The notes under the pieces: generated by a model | What the model was told of the DNA's origin: nothing | The model's input: the letters and a program-made list of their open reading frames with translations, nothing else | The model's database searches: none | Assembly: GCA_010093815.1 (NCBI GenBank) | Contig: ML996568.1 | Reading direction: 5' to 3' (one strand) | DNA: 64,000 nt | Source: Pseudovirgaria hyperparasitica | Lineage: Eukaryota | Shown here: in pieces, positions 37,466 through 51,107 of the stretch | Position numbering within the stretch: position 1 is the first letter of the stretch | How the letters are laid out: every line of letters starts with the position of its first letter | Made by a program: the position numbers and the translations under genes

Positions 37466-39255
37466 ATGGCCGACAAAACCTACTATGTCGACGAGACTGT
37501 CGGCAAGGATGAAAGCGCAACTGAGGGCACTCAGTTGCTACCATTCCGCACTGTACAAGCCGCTTATCTCAAGTTTGGTGACACTGCCAATTATCTCGTT
37601 CGAAAAGCCACTGAAGTCGCCGAGAATGCCGCTGAATCTGCACCCGCTGACTGGCAACCTGCGGCAAAAACAGCGTTGAAAAATGCCAAGAAGTACGCTG
37701 AGCAACTGAAGAAGAAAGAAGCCAAGGAAAAAGAACAGCTGGAAAAGAAAGCAAAAGAAGACTCTGAGCGAGCTAAGGTGCTCGAAGAAGCCAAGAAAGT
37801 GGTTATCACAGAAGACCCGAGCTTACCAAAGGCTATCAAGATCAAGCTCCACGAAAAGGATCCTGCTTCAATCCAGCTACGCAAATTTGGAGACAGTAGC
37901 GACACTAACCGTGGGACACGGGTGAGGGTGTTCGGAAGAGTCCACCGTGAGCGCAAACAGAAAGATATCATCTTCATAACATTAAGAGACGGCTACGGAC
38001 AATTGCAATGTATCATCAACGCCCCTCTTTCGAAAACTTATGACATGCTCACCCTGACGCGGGAAACATCTATAGAAGTACTCGGAGAGATGTGTGAGGT
38101 TCCCAAGGGCAACAACGCACCAGATGACAGGGAGCTGCAAGTCGACTTCTTCAAGATTGAACCAGAGTGGAAGGCTGCTGGTGGTGAGGATGCCATAACC
38201 AACAGAGTCAGCGCAGACACCGAGCATGCCACACTTCTCAACCTACGACATCTAACGCTAAGAGGTGATACTGCGTCAAGTGTCATGCTAGTTCGAGATA
38301 CTGTCGAATTTGCATTCAACCAAGTCTATCGCGAACTCAAGATCCGTAAAGTCAGCCCTCCAGCGATGGTCCAGACACAAGTTGAGGGCGGTGCCACTCT
38401 ATTCAAGTTCGACTATTACGGAGAACCTGCTTTTCTTACTCAATCCTCTCAACTCTATCTCGAGACCTGTCTTCCATCCATGGGCGATGTATACTGTATT
38501 GAGAAATCATTCCGTGCTGAGAAGTCCCTGACGCGGCGTCATCTTTCAGAATACACTCATGTCGAAGCGGAACTTGACTTTATCACCTTCGATGACCTAC
38601 TGGAACATCTTGAGCATGTAATGTGCCGAGTCCTTGAAGTTACACTGGCTGACGCCGATACTGCTGCACATATCAAAAAGCTCAACCCCGATTTCAAGAT
38701 GCCAGAACGTCCCTTCATGCGTATGCGATACTCAGATGCCATCCAGTGGCTCATCGAGCATGATATCCCCAACGAAGATGGCGAGCCGCATAAGATTGGA
38801 GACGATATCGCAGAGGCAGCGGAGCGGAAGATGACCGATATTATCAACCGACCTATCTTCCTTACGCATTTCCCGGTGGAGATCAAGGCTTTCTATATGA
38901 TGAAGGACAAAGAAGACAAGACCATCACTGAAAGTGTCGACTGCCTCATGCCAGGTGTAGGAGAAATTGTGGGAGGTAGCATGAGGATCTACGATCTCAA
39001 GGAACTCAGTGAGGCCTTTATCAGAGAGGAAATCGACCCGACGGAATACTATTGGTACACTGACCAGAGAAAGTAAGCATAGTATCAAAGAACGATATAT
39101 TCGGGCACATACTGACATGTCTCTCTAGGTATGGCTCTTCTCCCCACGGTGGCTATGGTCTAGGTCTGGAGCGATTCCTTGCATGGCTCTGCAACCAACA
39201 CACCGTCCGGGATACATGCTTGTATCCTCGATACTTCAAGCGCTGCAAACCTTAG
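37466..39255 (+). CDS. DED81: Cytosolic asparaginyl-tRNA synthetase
   Basis: OB-fold (FITLRDGYG), [47 protein letters not shown]. Intron ~39072-39128, then [19 protein letters not shown]. Confidence 0.97.
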
Positions 39256-40621
39256 TGGATTATTAGCCGCTTGTTGCCCTTATCTCTGCAAGATGTGTTG
39301 AAAACCCTATACATTAAGCAAAATGTCATATGTGGAATTATGAGATAGACTAAATTCAAAACTTGATACACTACCTCCTATAGCTGACTACCTGTGATTG
39401 GCAACGGCTAATTTCAAAGTCCTAGGTAATCGAATTATTGAGTCTCAAGCGTCAGCGCAACGAGAGCCTGCTCTTTGCAACAGAGTTGACATCCTAGTAG
39501 ACCAGGTCTCGAAAGCGTTGACCATGCAGCTGTACCTTGGTATGTACTGTGCTGTGCTCCACGAACGAAATACAGGATGTCAAAAGCCCCCGTGGACCTT
39601 GCTTCCCTGTCGCCATCAAAGTACATGAACTTCTACCACTGACCCCAAACGATCTCACCCGACGCCAAACGACCAGCCAACATCAGTTGATCAACAAGAC
39701 ATCCACTATTTTCATCAGTACCCACCACCCCCTCAAACCCAGCCTATTGTTCAGTATCCATTTCTCGCAGTACAGCGACTTGACACTGACCCAATTCGTC
39801 TTCCTCTTGACGCATCTCCCCTGTTCCGAAACCTCTATGACATGCAATGCCCCACGACGTCTCTCTCAGACACCTTTGCAGAAACCGTCGATAAATTCGA
39901 AAGTAGACCTGGTGTAGTCGTCAACGACGTATGCGTCGCAGTCGCAAAGCCGACGCGAGGAATGGGTCTTAGTTACGCTGGAGTGGTATAATGTGGAGTG
40001 GAAACGAGGAGCAGATCGAGCGAAGAAGCCAAAATGAAAGGACAAACATAGATATCATGCTTGAATAGTGAAGTAAAGGACACCCCTCGAGAGTCGTCAA
40101 TCCGTGTCTGTGGTCTTGAGTAAAATGAAGAGATGGCGAGTATGAGTAGTCTCTTCAATGTCAGTTCCCTGTGGCACTGTAATGGTTAGGCACCGCTTAA
40201 CTGTGGCCGGGGCCTTGCAAATAATTTAACAGTTGCCACAATTGGAAAAGGCAAAGGAAATGGTGAAGGGGGGTTGTATATCAAATTAATCGTTTCCATT
40301 CAGTATATAAACTACATCGCCGAAGGGTATGAAATGTTCCTAGCACCTCCTTAAAAAGAGTACCCAACTCTGGCCCGTAAATTCATCAAATCCAGTCTAA
40401 AACGGAGGAACAGATTTCGTGGATTACGTGGATTTTGCGGACATAGTGGTACAAAAAGCGCACAAGTCATTGTCGGTCATCTTTGTCTTCGTTGGTAGTC
40501 GTGTTCGTCATCAGAAGGCCAAGGAAAAGCCCTCCTGTGCCGATGCTTCCAATCCCGTCCGAAGTCCGCATGCCAAGTACGCCGAGATAGTGAAACAACC
40601 ATAGGAAACCCATATGTGGTA

Positions 40622-42610
40622 TTACATAGTTTGGTCTAGTTCGCGAAAAGCGTCAAAATTCATCTCGTTGCTGAAGTCGCAGTTTATAAGGGCATCGATA
40701 GATCCCGAGTCCATCGTGGTCCCACAATACGAGTTGAACTCGTAGCTCTCGTCGAAAAGGCTTTCTATGTTATCGTTTTGCATGCATGGGGATCCTGGTG
40801 GTGTCTCAATCTTCGAGAAGCTTGGTAGATGCTCTATACTTGGATGACCTGGAGATGGTACAGAAGCTGGTGAAGTGCTATCTGACGGTGACATCGGTGG
40901 CGTTCGGTCAAATGAGTTCGTTGATGCTTGCGTCGTTGTCCGGCTCATCATTGTCGCCTCCGGGGCAACTCCTCCAGAGCTGAAAGATTTGCTTTCTTGT
41001 GAGATGGGACTCGTAGCATGTAAATTTTCCAAACTATCACTGTCAGATGATGCTAATATTGCTTCCGATCCCACATACCTGAATGGATCCGAGGAGTGAT
41101 CTGACTGGCTATCAAACGACTCGTAGCTGTCGTTGTAATGGCTCGTATCCAAATTGAAGTCGGCGTCTGGTGACATTGACCCAGAGGGTGGGGAGCTTGC
41201 CGAGACTGAGGAAGCACTAGATGCTAGAGCTCGACGAGTTTTCGCGGCTTTGCTCACTCTTGCCTCCATGTCTGGTCGATTCTTCTTTGGTCGGCCTCGC
41301 TTGGCATTTCTCTTCTCAACGTTTGGGAATGCACCACTGCACATTCCCCGTTGTCGATGTCGAGTGAGGGCATCTTGGCGTGCAAATCCGGCTCCACATG
41401 GGCATTTGTTCGACTTGTCACCTGTGTGTATCTTCGCATGGCGCTTCAGGTCGTGTTGTCGAACGAATTTCTTGTTGCAGTGGTTACACTTGTATTGCCG
41501 GTCGTTCAAATGGGTTTGGACGTGTGCACGTATGTTCTCTCTTCTCCCGAAATCCTTATTACACCCGTTCCAAAGGCAAAACCATCGTCCACTTTCGGTG
41601 TCTTGGGCGCTGATGAACTGTTGTACATCCTCGTTGCTGATACCAGTATCCTCAATTGTCGCATCAATCTGTACACCAGCAATTTCTATTGCCTGTGGTG
41701 AAGAAGCTTGTGTCGCATTGGAAGAGTAGAACGAATTGTCGGGATGTGCTCCATGGGGAGGTTGAAGGATGACTTGGCTGTTGGGAAATATCTGTCGAAT
41801 GACGTTGCTATTCAGTGGCGCAAATTGCCCAAAATCATGGGAGATTTGATGATGAGGTGAAGAATGAGGGGATGCATGAGTATGAGACGGCGACGAATGA
41901 TCCGAGCAGTAGGATGATGCGTAGCTCATATCGGTAAGAGGACTTGTCAATCCAGCGAAACGATCGTCAAACATGGGTGGATCAAGATGGATGTCCTTCA
42001 TGTCCCCCAAATTTGATGGCATCGGTGCGAAATCCACATGGCCTCCTCGCCCAAATCTTTGTTTCTGAGGCGTGGCTTCAGGCGTCATAAGTGCTCCCAG
42101 ATTAGCTTGTAGGTCGTCGACGCCCCCAAACTCGTTCATTTCGTTCATTGCGTTCTGTAATTCATTGTATTTCTCGAGGATAAGCTGCTGTTGTCTTTGT
42201 TTTCTTCTCTCGAGGGTTTCTGCGTCATGCGGTGAGATGTCCCCGTTACATTGGGGACTACTTACTAGAGATGTCTGAGTGGATTCTAAAACTTGAGTGC
42301 CCGGCTGGTGACTATGCTGCTGCGCTACTTGCGTCGATGGTTGCTGTGTATATTGTTGCCTGTAGTTAGTATCTATACTTACGCTTGGGTGACTTTCCTG
42401 CGAAACTGTTTGGTTAGTATTGTGGTCGCATTGTTGTCCAAGGCGCATTGGGCGACCCTCGAGGCTTAAACCTCGGCGGTGTCCAAGTTGCCTTTGTACG
42501 GCTGCAGGAAGCGGTCGTACTAGGGCAGGCGCGTACATAGCTGGTGTTGAGTTTTGTCGTCGATGGTATGTGCGACGGTCAGCTACTCCTGAGGATGGAT
42601 TGGACAGCAT
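40622..42610 (-). CDS. C2H2 zinc-finger transcription factor, Ace2/Swi5 family
   Basis: N-terminal HRRQNS and HRRGLS (NDR/Cbk1-type sites). Fingers CLWNGCNKDFGRRENIRAHVQTH, CNHCNKKFVRQHDLKRHAKIH and CPCGAGFARQDALTRHRQRGMC. First ATG at 42610; 5'UTR intron 42739-42681. Confidence 0.88.
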   Translation of the reverse strand: MLSNPSSGVADRRTYHRRQNSTPAMYAPALVRPLPAAVQRQLGHRRGLSLEGRPMRLGQQCDHNTNQTVSQESHPSVSIDTNYRQQYTQQPSTQVAQQHSHQPGTQVLESTQTSLVSSPQCNGDISPHDAETLERRKQRQQQLILEKYNELQNAMNEMNEFGGVDDLQANLGALMTPEATPQKQRFGRGGHVDFAPMPSNLGDMKDIHLDPPMFDDRFAGLTSPLTDMSYASSYCSDHSSPSHTHASPHSSPHHQISHDFGQFAPLNSNVIRQIFPNSQVILQPPHGAHPDNSFYSSNATQASSPQAIEIAGVQIDATIEDTGISNEDVQQFISAQDTESGRWFCLWNGCNKDFGRRENIRAHVQTHLNDRQYKCNHCNKKFVRQHDLKRHAKIHTGDKSNKCPCGAGFARQDALTRHRQRGMCSGAFPNVEKRNAKRGRPKKNRPDMEARVSKAAKTRRALASSASSVSASSPPSGSMSPDADFNLDTSHYNDSYESFDSQSDHSSDPFRYVGSEAILASSDSDSLENLHATSPISQESKSFSSGGVAPEATMMSRTTTQASTNSFDRTPPMSPSDSTSPASVPSPGHPSIEHLPSFSKIETPPGSPCMQNDNIESLFDESYEFNSYCGTTMDSGSIDALINCDFSNEMNFDAFRELDQTM

Positions 42611-43215
42611 CGTTGGTGGCAAGTGGAGTCCGGAATTATATTGTTCGATCGAAGACGTTGGGCTGTACTTCTTTCCGAAACTACATTTGCCAGCGTCAGT
42701 ATACTATCACTACCTTCAAGCAGGAAGATTGAGGTTTACCTCGCGCAGAGCTAGCAGCTTCCGCCGGGCGGAACTGGAGTTTTTAAGATGTGCTCAGATA
42801 GCACAGAATCTCCTCCTCAGACACTCTAAGTAGATGTATTGGCCTCCAGGCCGATGGAATATGGGAGCGGGAACAGTTGTAGTGGTGGATGCGCGAAGAG
42901 CTGCTGTGTTTTCTGGTATTTCTTGACTCGAAAGTCGAAAGAAAGCTCGAGTATGTGTGCTTTGAGGTGGTTGTGAGTAGTTTAGTACTCAATTGGAGTA
43001 TACAGTTTGAAGATGGGTGGAGAATGGGAAGGTCATATGTCGAGTCGCCGAGAATGTTGTGTAAATTCCTGAAACAGGAAGGCGCCGGCACGATTGTCGT
43101 GGTTGTCCGGGCAGCAGCCGCCGAGATCCCAGGCCGGATATTAGAACCTTTAGAAATTCGAAGTGGGGTACGTGCGGTACTACACGAGCTAGGCAGATTA
43201 AGGCAGCAACGCTAA

Positions 43216-44054
<839 letters not shown>

Positions 44055-44318
44055 ATGCGTAAAGACTGGGATAAGGAAAATGTCGGATAGATCATGATAC
44101 TCTCTAGCTTTCAGAATATCTGTAGCTAATATGAAATTCTGAATCATGATCCATCCCTCGTATGAAAGTTTCCTATATCTATGTGCGATGCTACTTCCAA
44201 ATATGTTCTCAAATCATCACGGAGAACGACCCGCCTAAAGCACGAATCGACACCATCCCATGATGGGCCGCGGAACAAAACCCTATTGAACGCCACTCTT
44301 AACACGTCGAGAAGTCCG

Positions 44319-45971
44319 TTAAAATTCCATATCGTCGTCATCACCCCTCTCTCTCTTTCCCCTTCCCTCTTCCTTAATGACCTCCGCCACAAAGCTCCTG
44401 AAGTAGTCGATATACTCCTTCAAACTCGTCTTCTCCCAATCATTGATAGTTCTTCCCTCCGTTTCGTCCCCGCCTTCCCAGGAATCAATCTCGCCCAAGC
44501 ATTGAGTGACTGTCGGAACACTGAAAGGATCGAATTCCTCTAGCTTGCGTGTATCGATCGGCACACAGATCCTGCCTGTGCCAGGATGCACGCAGAACGG
44601 GCTTTTCAGCAAATGGATCAGCTTCTTAGACACTTCAGCATCGAGTCGAGGATACGTGTATTCGAGTACGATATCTTGCTTCGCGTTCAGCAAGGCCTTC
44701 TTGTCGAGCGACGCTGAGACGCCGCTCTCGGCAGACTTGTCGATATCGCCCCATTTGGAGATGGAGGCGCGACCCGGTGACGAGTCCCATTTCTTCTGTA
44801 GGGCTTCGCGGAGTTTAAGGTCGGGAATGAGGGAGAGGAGGTGTGCGGCTTTGTCTTCGCTTGCCCAGGGGTCTTGCGAGATGAGAACGTCTTCTTGAAA
44901 GTGGGAGCTGAGGAGGTTGAGGGACCGGCTAGAAGAGAGGTCAATATATAGTCATCCACCGAAGGATGCCGAATACTCACGTAAGATGCGGGTGGAGCGG
45001 TCTTTTTATATTGACCTTCTTCCCACTTTTATCGCCGCCTTTGAGCAATTCTAGATAGCCAGCAATAGCTCTCCTCCTAGTGTCGTCCATCTCTCTCGCT
45101 TTCTTGTCGCAAACCCATGCGTGAGCACCACGGCGACCAGAATAGACCCACAGAATGAGTTCGAAGCCGAAATCTTCCCTTAAAGCCTTGTCGACGACTT
45201 TTATCGCCATGGTTATAAACGTCCAGCACTTATGGCAGATACTCGCGCCTTTACAGCATGCCCGAATATCGTCATAATCTGTCATATCTATGTCGAAAAC
45301 AAGCTCTTTCTTGATCGGGCGAAACGCGGAAGCTTTTCGTAACGTCTTTCGTTCCCGTGGGTCGGTTGTGTACTGGGGCCCGATCTCGAAACGTGAGGGA
45401 ACCATTTGGACGCACTGTTTGCGAAGCCTGAACTCATCTTAGCATACTTTCAGGCTCCAATGAGTGTTATACCAACAGGTCAGCAGTAAGAAAAGATTGG
45501 TAGCGAAGATATACATCGTCCGCGCCACGCGGTACAGTGAAAGCGAATTCGCGATGCATGAAATCAGCCGTTGGGACAGGTGAATGATTCAGCCATTGAA
45601 AAAGATATCGAAAGGGACAGAGACGTTGGTAAAAGGCTCGCATAACCTCGGTGTCTGAGTTGCTGGCATTTCGCGATACAGGCCTGTAAGGGTCAATTAG
45701 TGCAGGCTTCATCATGACTGCTGGGGGAGCCCTACGCCGGCACTGGTGGCGACGACGGAATCTCATCTTTGACCACAGGAGCACTCGATGAATATTCATC
45801 ATCTGAGTCTCCATCTCCAAACATATCGTCTAGATTTACGGTGCGTTTGGTCTCGGTGGCTGCTTCTCCGTCCTCCATCTTGATATCCTCTGTGGCGCCA
45901 TTCTCTGGTTGGGTATTTGCCATTGGCGCATCCTGTGTCTGGGTTGACTGTGGCGATACTGAGTGAGGCAT
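44319..45971 (-). CDS. PRI1: DNA primase small (catalytic) subunit
   Basis: HREFAFT, PSRFEIG, KELVFDIDMTDY, WVYSGRRGAH, YPRLD and HLLKSPFCVHPGTG; three introns. Confidence 0.96.
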
Positions 45972-46066
45972 TATTCATACATGCGCATGTAATTAGAGCC
46001 CAGGAGTATGGCAGTGTGAGGTGTAGTTGGAGAGGGGAGTTGCTATATTCTTTCTACTTTGGGAAG

Positions 46067-46098
46067 ACGCGCCTTAGGACGCGTGCCACGCGCACGCG
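46067..46098. promoter_or_regulatory. Cluster of four MCB-like elements (ACGCG/ACGCGT) in the PRI1 promoter
   Basis: ACGCG at 46067, ACGCGT at 46079, ACGCG at 46088 and 46094, ~100-130 bp upstream of the primase ATG. MBF control of replication genes is established in ascomycetes. Confidence 0.75.
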
Positions 46099-46499
46099 AC
46101 AAGCGAAGACAGTTTTACCGAAGTTCCAACCAACCCTTCAATCACTGCAACCTACCTACCATAGCTCGCATGATGGCAAGAAAATATCAACAAAACTTGT
46201 TATCTGGCCCACTACTGTGATATCGAGATCATATTGTTCGGTTTGAGCATGTGCCTATGTTCAAAGGAGATATAGAATGCGAGAACTTCTCCGGCTCGTC
46301 ACACTAAACATATTCCCTCAATCTAGTGTATGCGATCGCAATACTCCTAACCCTCATTTTATCGACTGGAACCATCATTCATCTCTATGTCTCCTGACAA
46401 CATGCCGATGTTTACAAAACAAATGCTCGAAAACGCCATCGTAAATGCAATCATCACAACATTATCATCTAAACAAGTATGCCCTCCATGACGTTGGAT

Positions 46500-48109
46500 C
46501 TAGTCTGCTCTCTTGCGCGGCTCCAATAGAAGTTTACCAGTAGGTCCGGCCTTGTTTACGAATCCGTTCATACGGTCAAACACCTTACGCCCTCGGACCC
46601 AAGTCTCTTTGACCACGCCTTGTAGCGTGCGGTTCTCGTATGGCGAGCATTTGTTCCGAAATAGCATTGCGCTTTTCTCGACGACGAAACTACTTTCATC
46701 ATCGAATACACAGATGTCACCGTCATAGCCTACAAGAAGGTCACCTTTGACACCTTCGAGGCCGACTTGACGAGCGGTCTCTTTGCAGCACCATCTCACA
46801 ACATCCTCGATGTCGAAGCTTTGGTCACGGCGTTTACCTTCGGTCCAAAGAATGGGCAGACCAAGACCAACGCTACTAATGCCACCCCAGGCAGCAAAGA
46901 AATCTCCCTGCTTGTCCGATGGAGCCTCGTCGCTTGACGAGATTGCCGGAGGTAGCAGCTTTAAATCGGGTGTACAAGGTGAGTGATCTGAAACTACGGT
47001 CTTGATGACCGGGTCCTGGGATCTAGGTCTCGTAAGCTCTTCCCACAGACCATCCTGATTTGACTTCGTGCGGATTGGCGGACAACACTTGTGACGCGTG
47101 TCACCGTTCTGGATTTCCTCCGCGGCGAGCGACAAATAATGAAAGCAAGTCTCGGCGGTAATCTTCACGCCCTTCGCACGAGCTTCGCGGAGTAGTGGGA
47201 TGGCTTCAATCGCTGAGAGATGAACGATGTGCAGCGGTAGGTTGGGAGCGAGGTGCGCCAAAGAGATAATCTCATCAATCGCACATGTTTCAAATGAAGC
47301 TGGTCGTGAGTCCAGGAATGTGCTGTATGCATCAAGCGGGCCTGATGGTGCAAGAGGTGGCAATGAACTCTGGACACCGTCTCCGACAGAGGCAGTGATA
47401 GGCGGAGTCATCTCAGCATGGAACATCAGAGTCGTCGGCTCGTCAGCGAGCGCCAGCATAGCCTTCTCAATGTCGCCAGCTGATACTGCAGGAAACTCCT
47501 CGACCTATTGCTATGTTAGTGTCGTTGACTGTACGCCACCTGACCAGAATACACACTTACACCACTCTCGATGAGGAAGCCTTTGAACCCGCGAACACCG
47601 GCTCGAACCAGATCCTTAAGATGACCATCATTTCCAGGAATGATGCCTCCGTAGAACCCAACATCAACCCAGCACTTGCCCTGGGCAGCAGCAATCTTCT
47701 CATTCAAATTGGCCACAGTCGTGGTCGGCGGAATCGCATTCAGGGGCATATCAACCACTGTAGTCACACCCCCAAACGCCGCGGCCCTCGTACCTGTATG
47801 AAAGCCCTCCCACTCCGTCCGTCCTGGCTCATTGAGATGCACATGCGCGTCGACAAGGCCAGGCAGCACGAGGTGCGGGCTATGATCGACATATGTTGTC
47901 CCAGGCGGGAAATCAGAGCGCGGAAGCACAGAATGGAATATCGACGTGACTTTCCCAGTGACTTGCGAGACGACGATGGTCGCTTCGGTAATGCGACCAG
48001 ATATGACTGCGCGTGAAGAGGCTATGACTGAGATGGCAGGCGGGCTGGATGCGGACCACTCCCAGCGCGGAGGCGATGTCGAGGGAGCGTCTGTTGCGTG
48101 GGGCGCCAT
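46500..48109 (-). CDS. DAL1: Allantoinase
   Basis: PGLVDAHVHLNEPGRTEWEGF, GGVTTVVDMPLN, GFKGFLIESGV|EEFP, FHAE, HIVHLS, ETCFHY, KCCPPIR, SDHSP and AWGGISS; one intron ~47560-47506. Confidence 0.95.
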
Positions 48110-48208
48110 GTTTGCAGAATCTCGATTTGCAATGTATAGACGAGTTTACGAAAGGAGTCCAAAGGATCAGCAAGAGTCAGAAAACGCGAGGTCGACCGTA
48201 ATGCTTAG

Positions 48209-48581
48209 CTTATCGGCGCCTTAGAGATAAGCCTTGAGTGTATAGATAAGGGCTTCCCGGAACGGGGCGAGCTAAGGGGTAGATAAAGAGCCACAACAAC
48301 ACAACAACGGTGTCGAAACACAACCTCAACTTGCAGTAGAAGAGGTAAAGCAAAAAAGGAGTCAGGCAGAGTGGAACACGGCAAACAATAAATAGCAACG
48401 CGTTGGTGGAGGGAGGAAATCTGGGGTACAGCGGTCTTATCCCAAGCCATCGAGCACTCCGTAGATAATAGATCCACTCCTAGCCGACGATCCATCCATC
48501 GGGTGGAGTAGGGAGTGGGTAGATACGTAGATAGACATTTTTAACACATTACGCCACACGCTATGTGGTCTCAGAGATAAC
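48209..48581. promoter_or_regulatory. GATA (AreA/Nit2) site cluster upstream of allantoinase
   Basis: GATAA/TTATC at ~48209, 48226, 48245, 48282, 48436, 48464 and 48576. Confidence 0.7.
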
Positions 48582-50083
48582 AGTGATGCAGTATATATGT
48601 AGCTAGAAGCGCACTTTTGTCTACCTACATTGCTTCGCACCACAGCATCAAGTCTCCAGCAAGCGCCTATCATGGACCTTCCTTTTCACTTCACACTCAC
48701 CCTGTGCCTGGATTACGCGATCTGGCATGCCACCGAACACGACTGCCAGAGACATATATCCCTCAGACTGACAGGCCTGGGTGCAGCATATTACGTGGGT
48801 AACGCCAACGCCGAAACGATCGGCCGTTCCTGATCAAGGCGGCCGTTGTCGGTCATCTCGCCAGCTCAGTAGTCAGGGTCCTGGAACAGCCGCACGTATC
48901 AGCCAATTAGGGGCTTTGAGTCCGGGGACGAGGGGGGCAGCGCCCAACCTCACCTCCGGCGGACGAGGCATCAGGTAGGTGTTTCTATTCCATGACAATA
49001 ATTCTACAGATGTCTATATTCCGATTATTCTACAGAGTCTCACGTCTTCCATCTATGTATACCGCACTCTCCTTCCACATCTACATCTCACCGCGCACGT
49101 CTTTGGATCCAAACGTATATTCTTATCATAAGCCCCCCCCTGAAAGAGTGTCATCGACATTCAATCTCTGGTTCCGACGGTGGAGCCTTCGCCTTCAGCC
49201 ATTTGTTGCTACGTACACTCTACGGCGAGCACGCACGCACGCACTCAAGTCATCCTTTCTCTTCAGTCTCTAAATTAGGGCTCTCGTTGGCGTTGTGCGT
49301 GCGTAACCTGTCCAATCATCGCGCCCGGCCGCGCGACGCCTGTTGGCCGCCCTGAAGCTATCAAGTCATTGATTCCTCGATTCTATCGAGTCATCAACAA
49401 CAAATTCATATGTTTTACTTACCTTATCTCGCTCCCATCCCCTCCCCGTACCGTGCTTATATTAATTAGCTTTCTCAACGCTTTTTGCTACCCAATGGTA
49501 TCCATGACTGTCAGCGATTTGTGCCGAGGACTTCTTTGTGCTTACGTGCGTGGAGCGAGCTGATTAATTTTGGCGTCAAAGTCGCTTAATATGGGCGGTT
49601 TTTTTCTTTCTATTCTCATTAATTCGTAGGCGCTATGCTTGTCGTGTCAAGATTTCAATCGTGTCGTTGATGCTTCTCTTTCTTTTTTTTTGCATCAGAT
49701 GTGGAGAGCCTCTGCATATGGGCCTCCCGAATCTCTGAAATTTGAATGATGAAGAACAGCCAAGGTCATGTCCTCGGCCTACGCAGTGCCGGATTTCCAG
49801 GCTATGACGCACCTCCTAACATGGGAGTTTCGGTAAATCGACTTTCGCTCTCATCGCATTGGACGATGGTCATTGACTTGATAAAACCTTCGGAGTCTAC
49901 CGATGCTCTCTCAACCCTTGGAGACGCTTTCGATTGTTCGTGATGATGGTGGGTTTTCTCTTCGCAGCGTCCAGGCCATGTTGAGCCGTAGCGTGTAGCT
50001 CCCGAAGGAAACCATTAGCAAACCATTACTCGATAAATGAAGCGTTTTCTCTAGTAGCCATTACGCCAAAGGCAAAATGTCGT

Positions 50084-51107
50084 TTATTCTCCAATGATTC
50101 TGGGTCTCTGTTCTGCTGTTGTTGACGCGCCCCCTTGTGATATCATGATAGAGTCCTCGAAGAACAAAGGAGTCCTATTAAGGGCAGCAGACTTCAAGTC
50201 AATCCAGATGCATATACGGCGCAACAATCCATTGACTCCGAGCTCGGACAGTCCCCCTCGAGCAGCCACCATGCTTTGAAGTCCTTTCATGTGTATCATG
50301 TAAGCGTCCACGTTGTCGTATATCGCCTCGTAGCAGCATAGTTTCACGACCGCGCCGATTATCGCATCGCTACAGGATCGTAATGGGTCGCCGAGCGCCT
50401 CGTTTACGACCCTGATAGCCTGCTCCTTGAGCGTGAGTAACCTGATAGCATCCTCTGGTTTCTCTTGAATCGAACACTTCACCCGAACCGAGTGCAGATG
50501 CGATGCCGACAGCAGCAATACACCTGAAAATGTTGCTGGGTCTGTCATCGCTAGCGGAAACCAGCGAGTACGGAGTTGACCCTCGCCCCGAGGCCCGTCA
50601 ACTGTAGGAACCCTGACAGCTATGTTCATGATATCTGAGTTCGGTTAAACTATGTATGTTCCCGGCCATGGCTTCCAACTCACAGTGGTCGACCAGCTCT
50701 GGAAAGTACTCCTGCCACGTAACAGGATATGTGTGGAATGGGTCTACACGGCCGGCTCCAAGAAGGCCAACGAGTTGTACCTGGTCACCCCTTATGGTAT
50801 CGTGACTTGGGTTTTGCAACGTTTGCAATGCTGGAACTGACTCGGTCGGACCAGTCTGATAAATGCTAGGATGGGTACTGTAGGGTTCGGTCTGATGATG
50901 GTACCCAGACTCGTCCTGTGTATACGTTCCCTGACGTACAACCAGATTGGAGTTTTGTGTACGCCGAAACTGCTTCGATCTGTTTGTACGAAGCGCCACA
51001 TCCCGAGCCCAGTGATGTCGTGCTGCTTGTGACTTGACTGCACGTTTATTCGAACGCTTCTTCGCCTCTGCTGGGTTTTCATAATTGATGAACTGAAGGT
51101 CGCTCAT
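50084..51107 (-). CDS. Fungal-specific transcription-factor-like protein (Fungal_trans_2/PF11951-like C-terminal domain, no Zn2Cys6 cluster)
   Basis: N-terminal LQFIN..KRAVKSQAARH, then LGAGRVDPF, WFPLAMTDP, DAIIGAV, HMKGLQSMVAARGGL and WID. One intron ~50683-50635. Confidence 0.75.

Noticed and set aside
43066..43080. TTCCTG-AAA-CAGGAA as an Mcm1 site
   Set aside because: CC-N7-GG spacing rather than N6.
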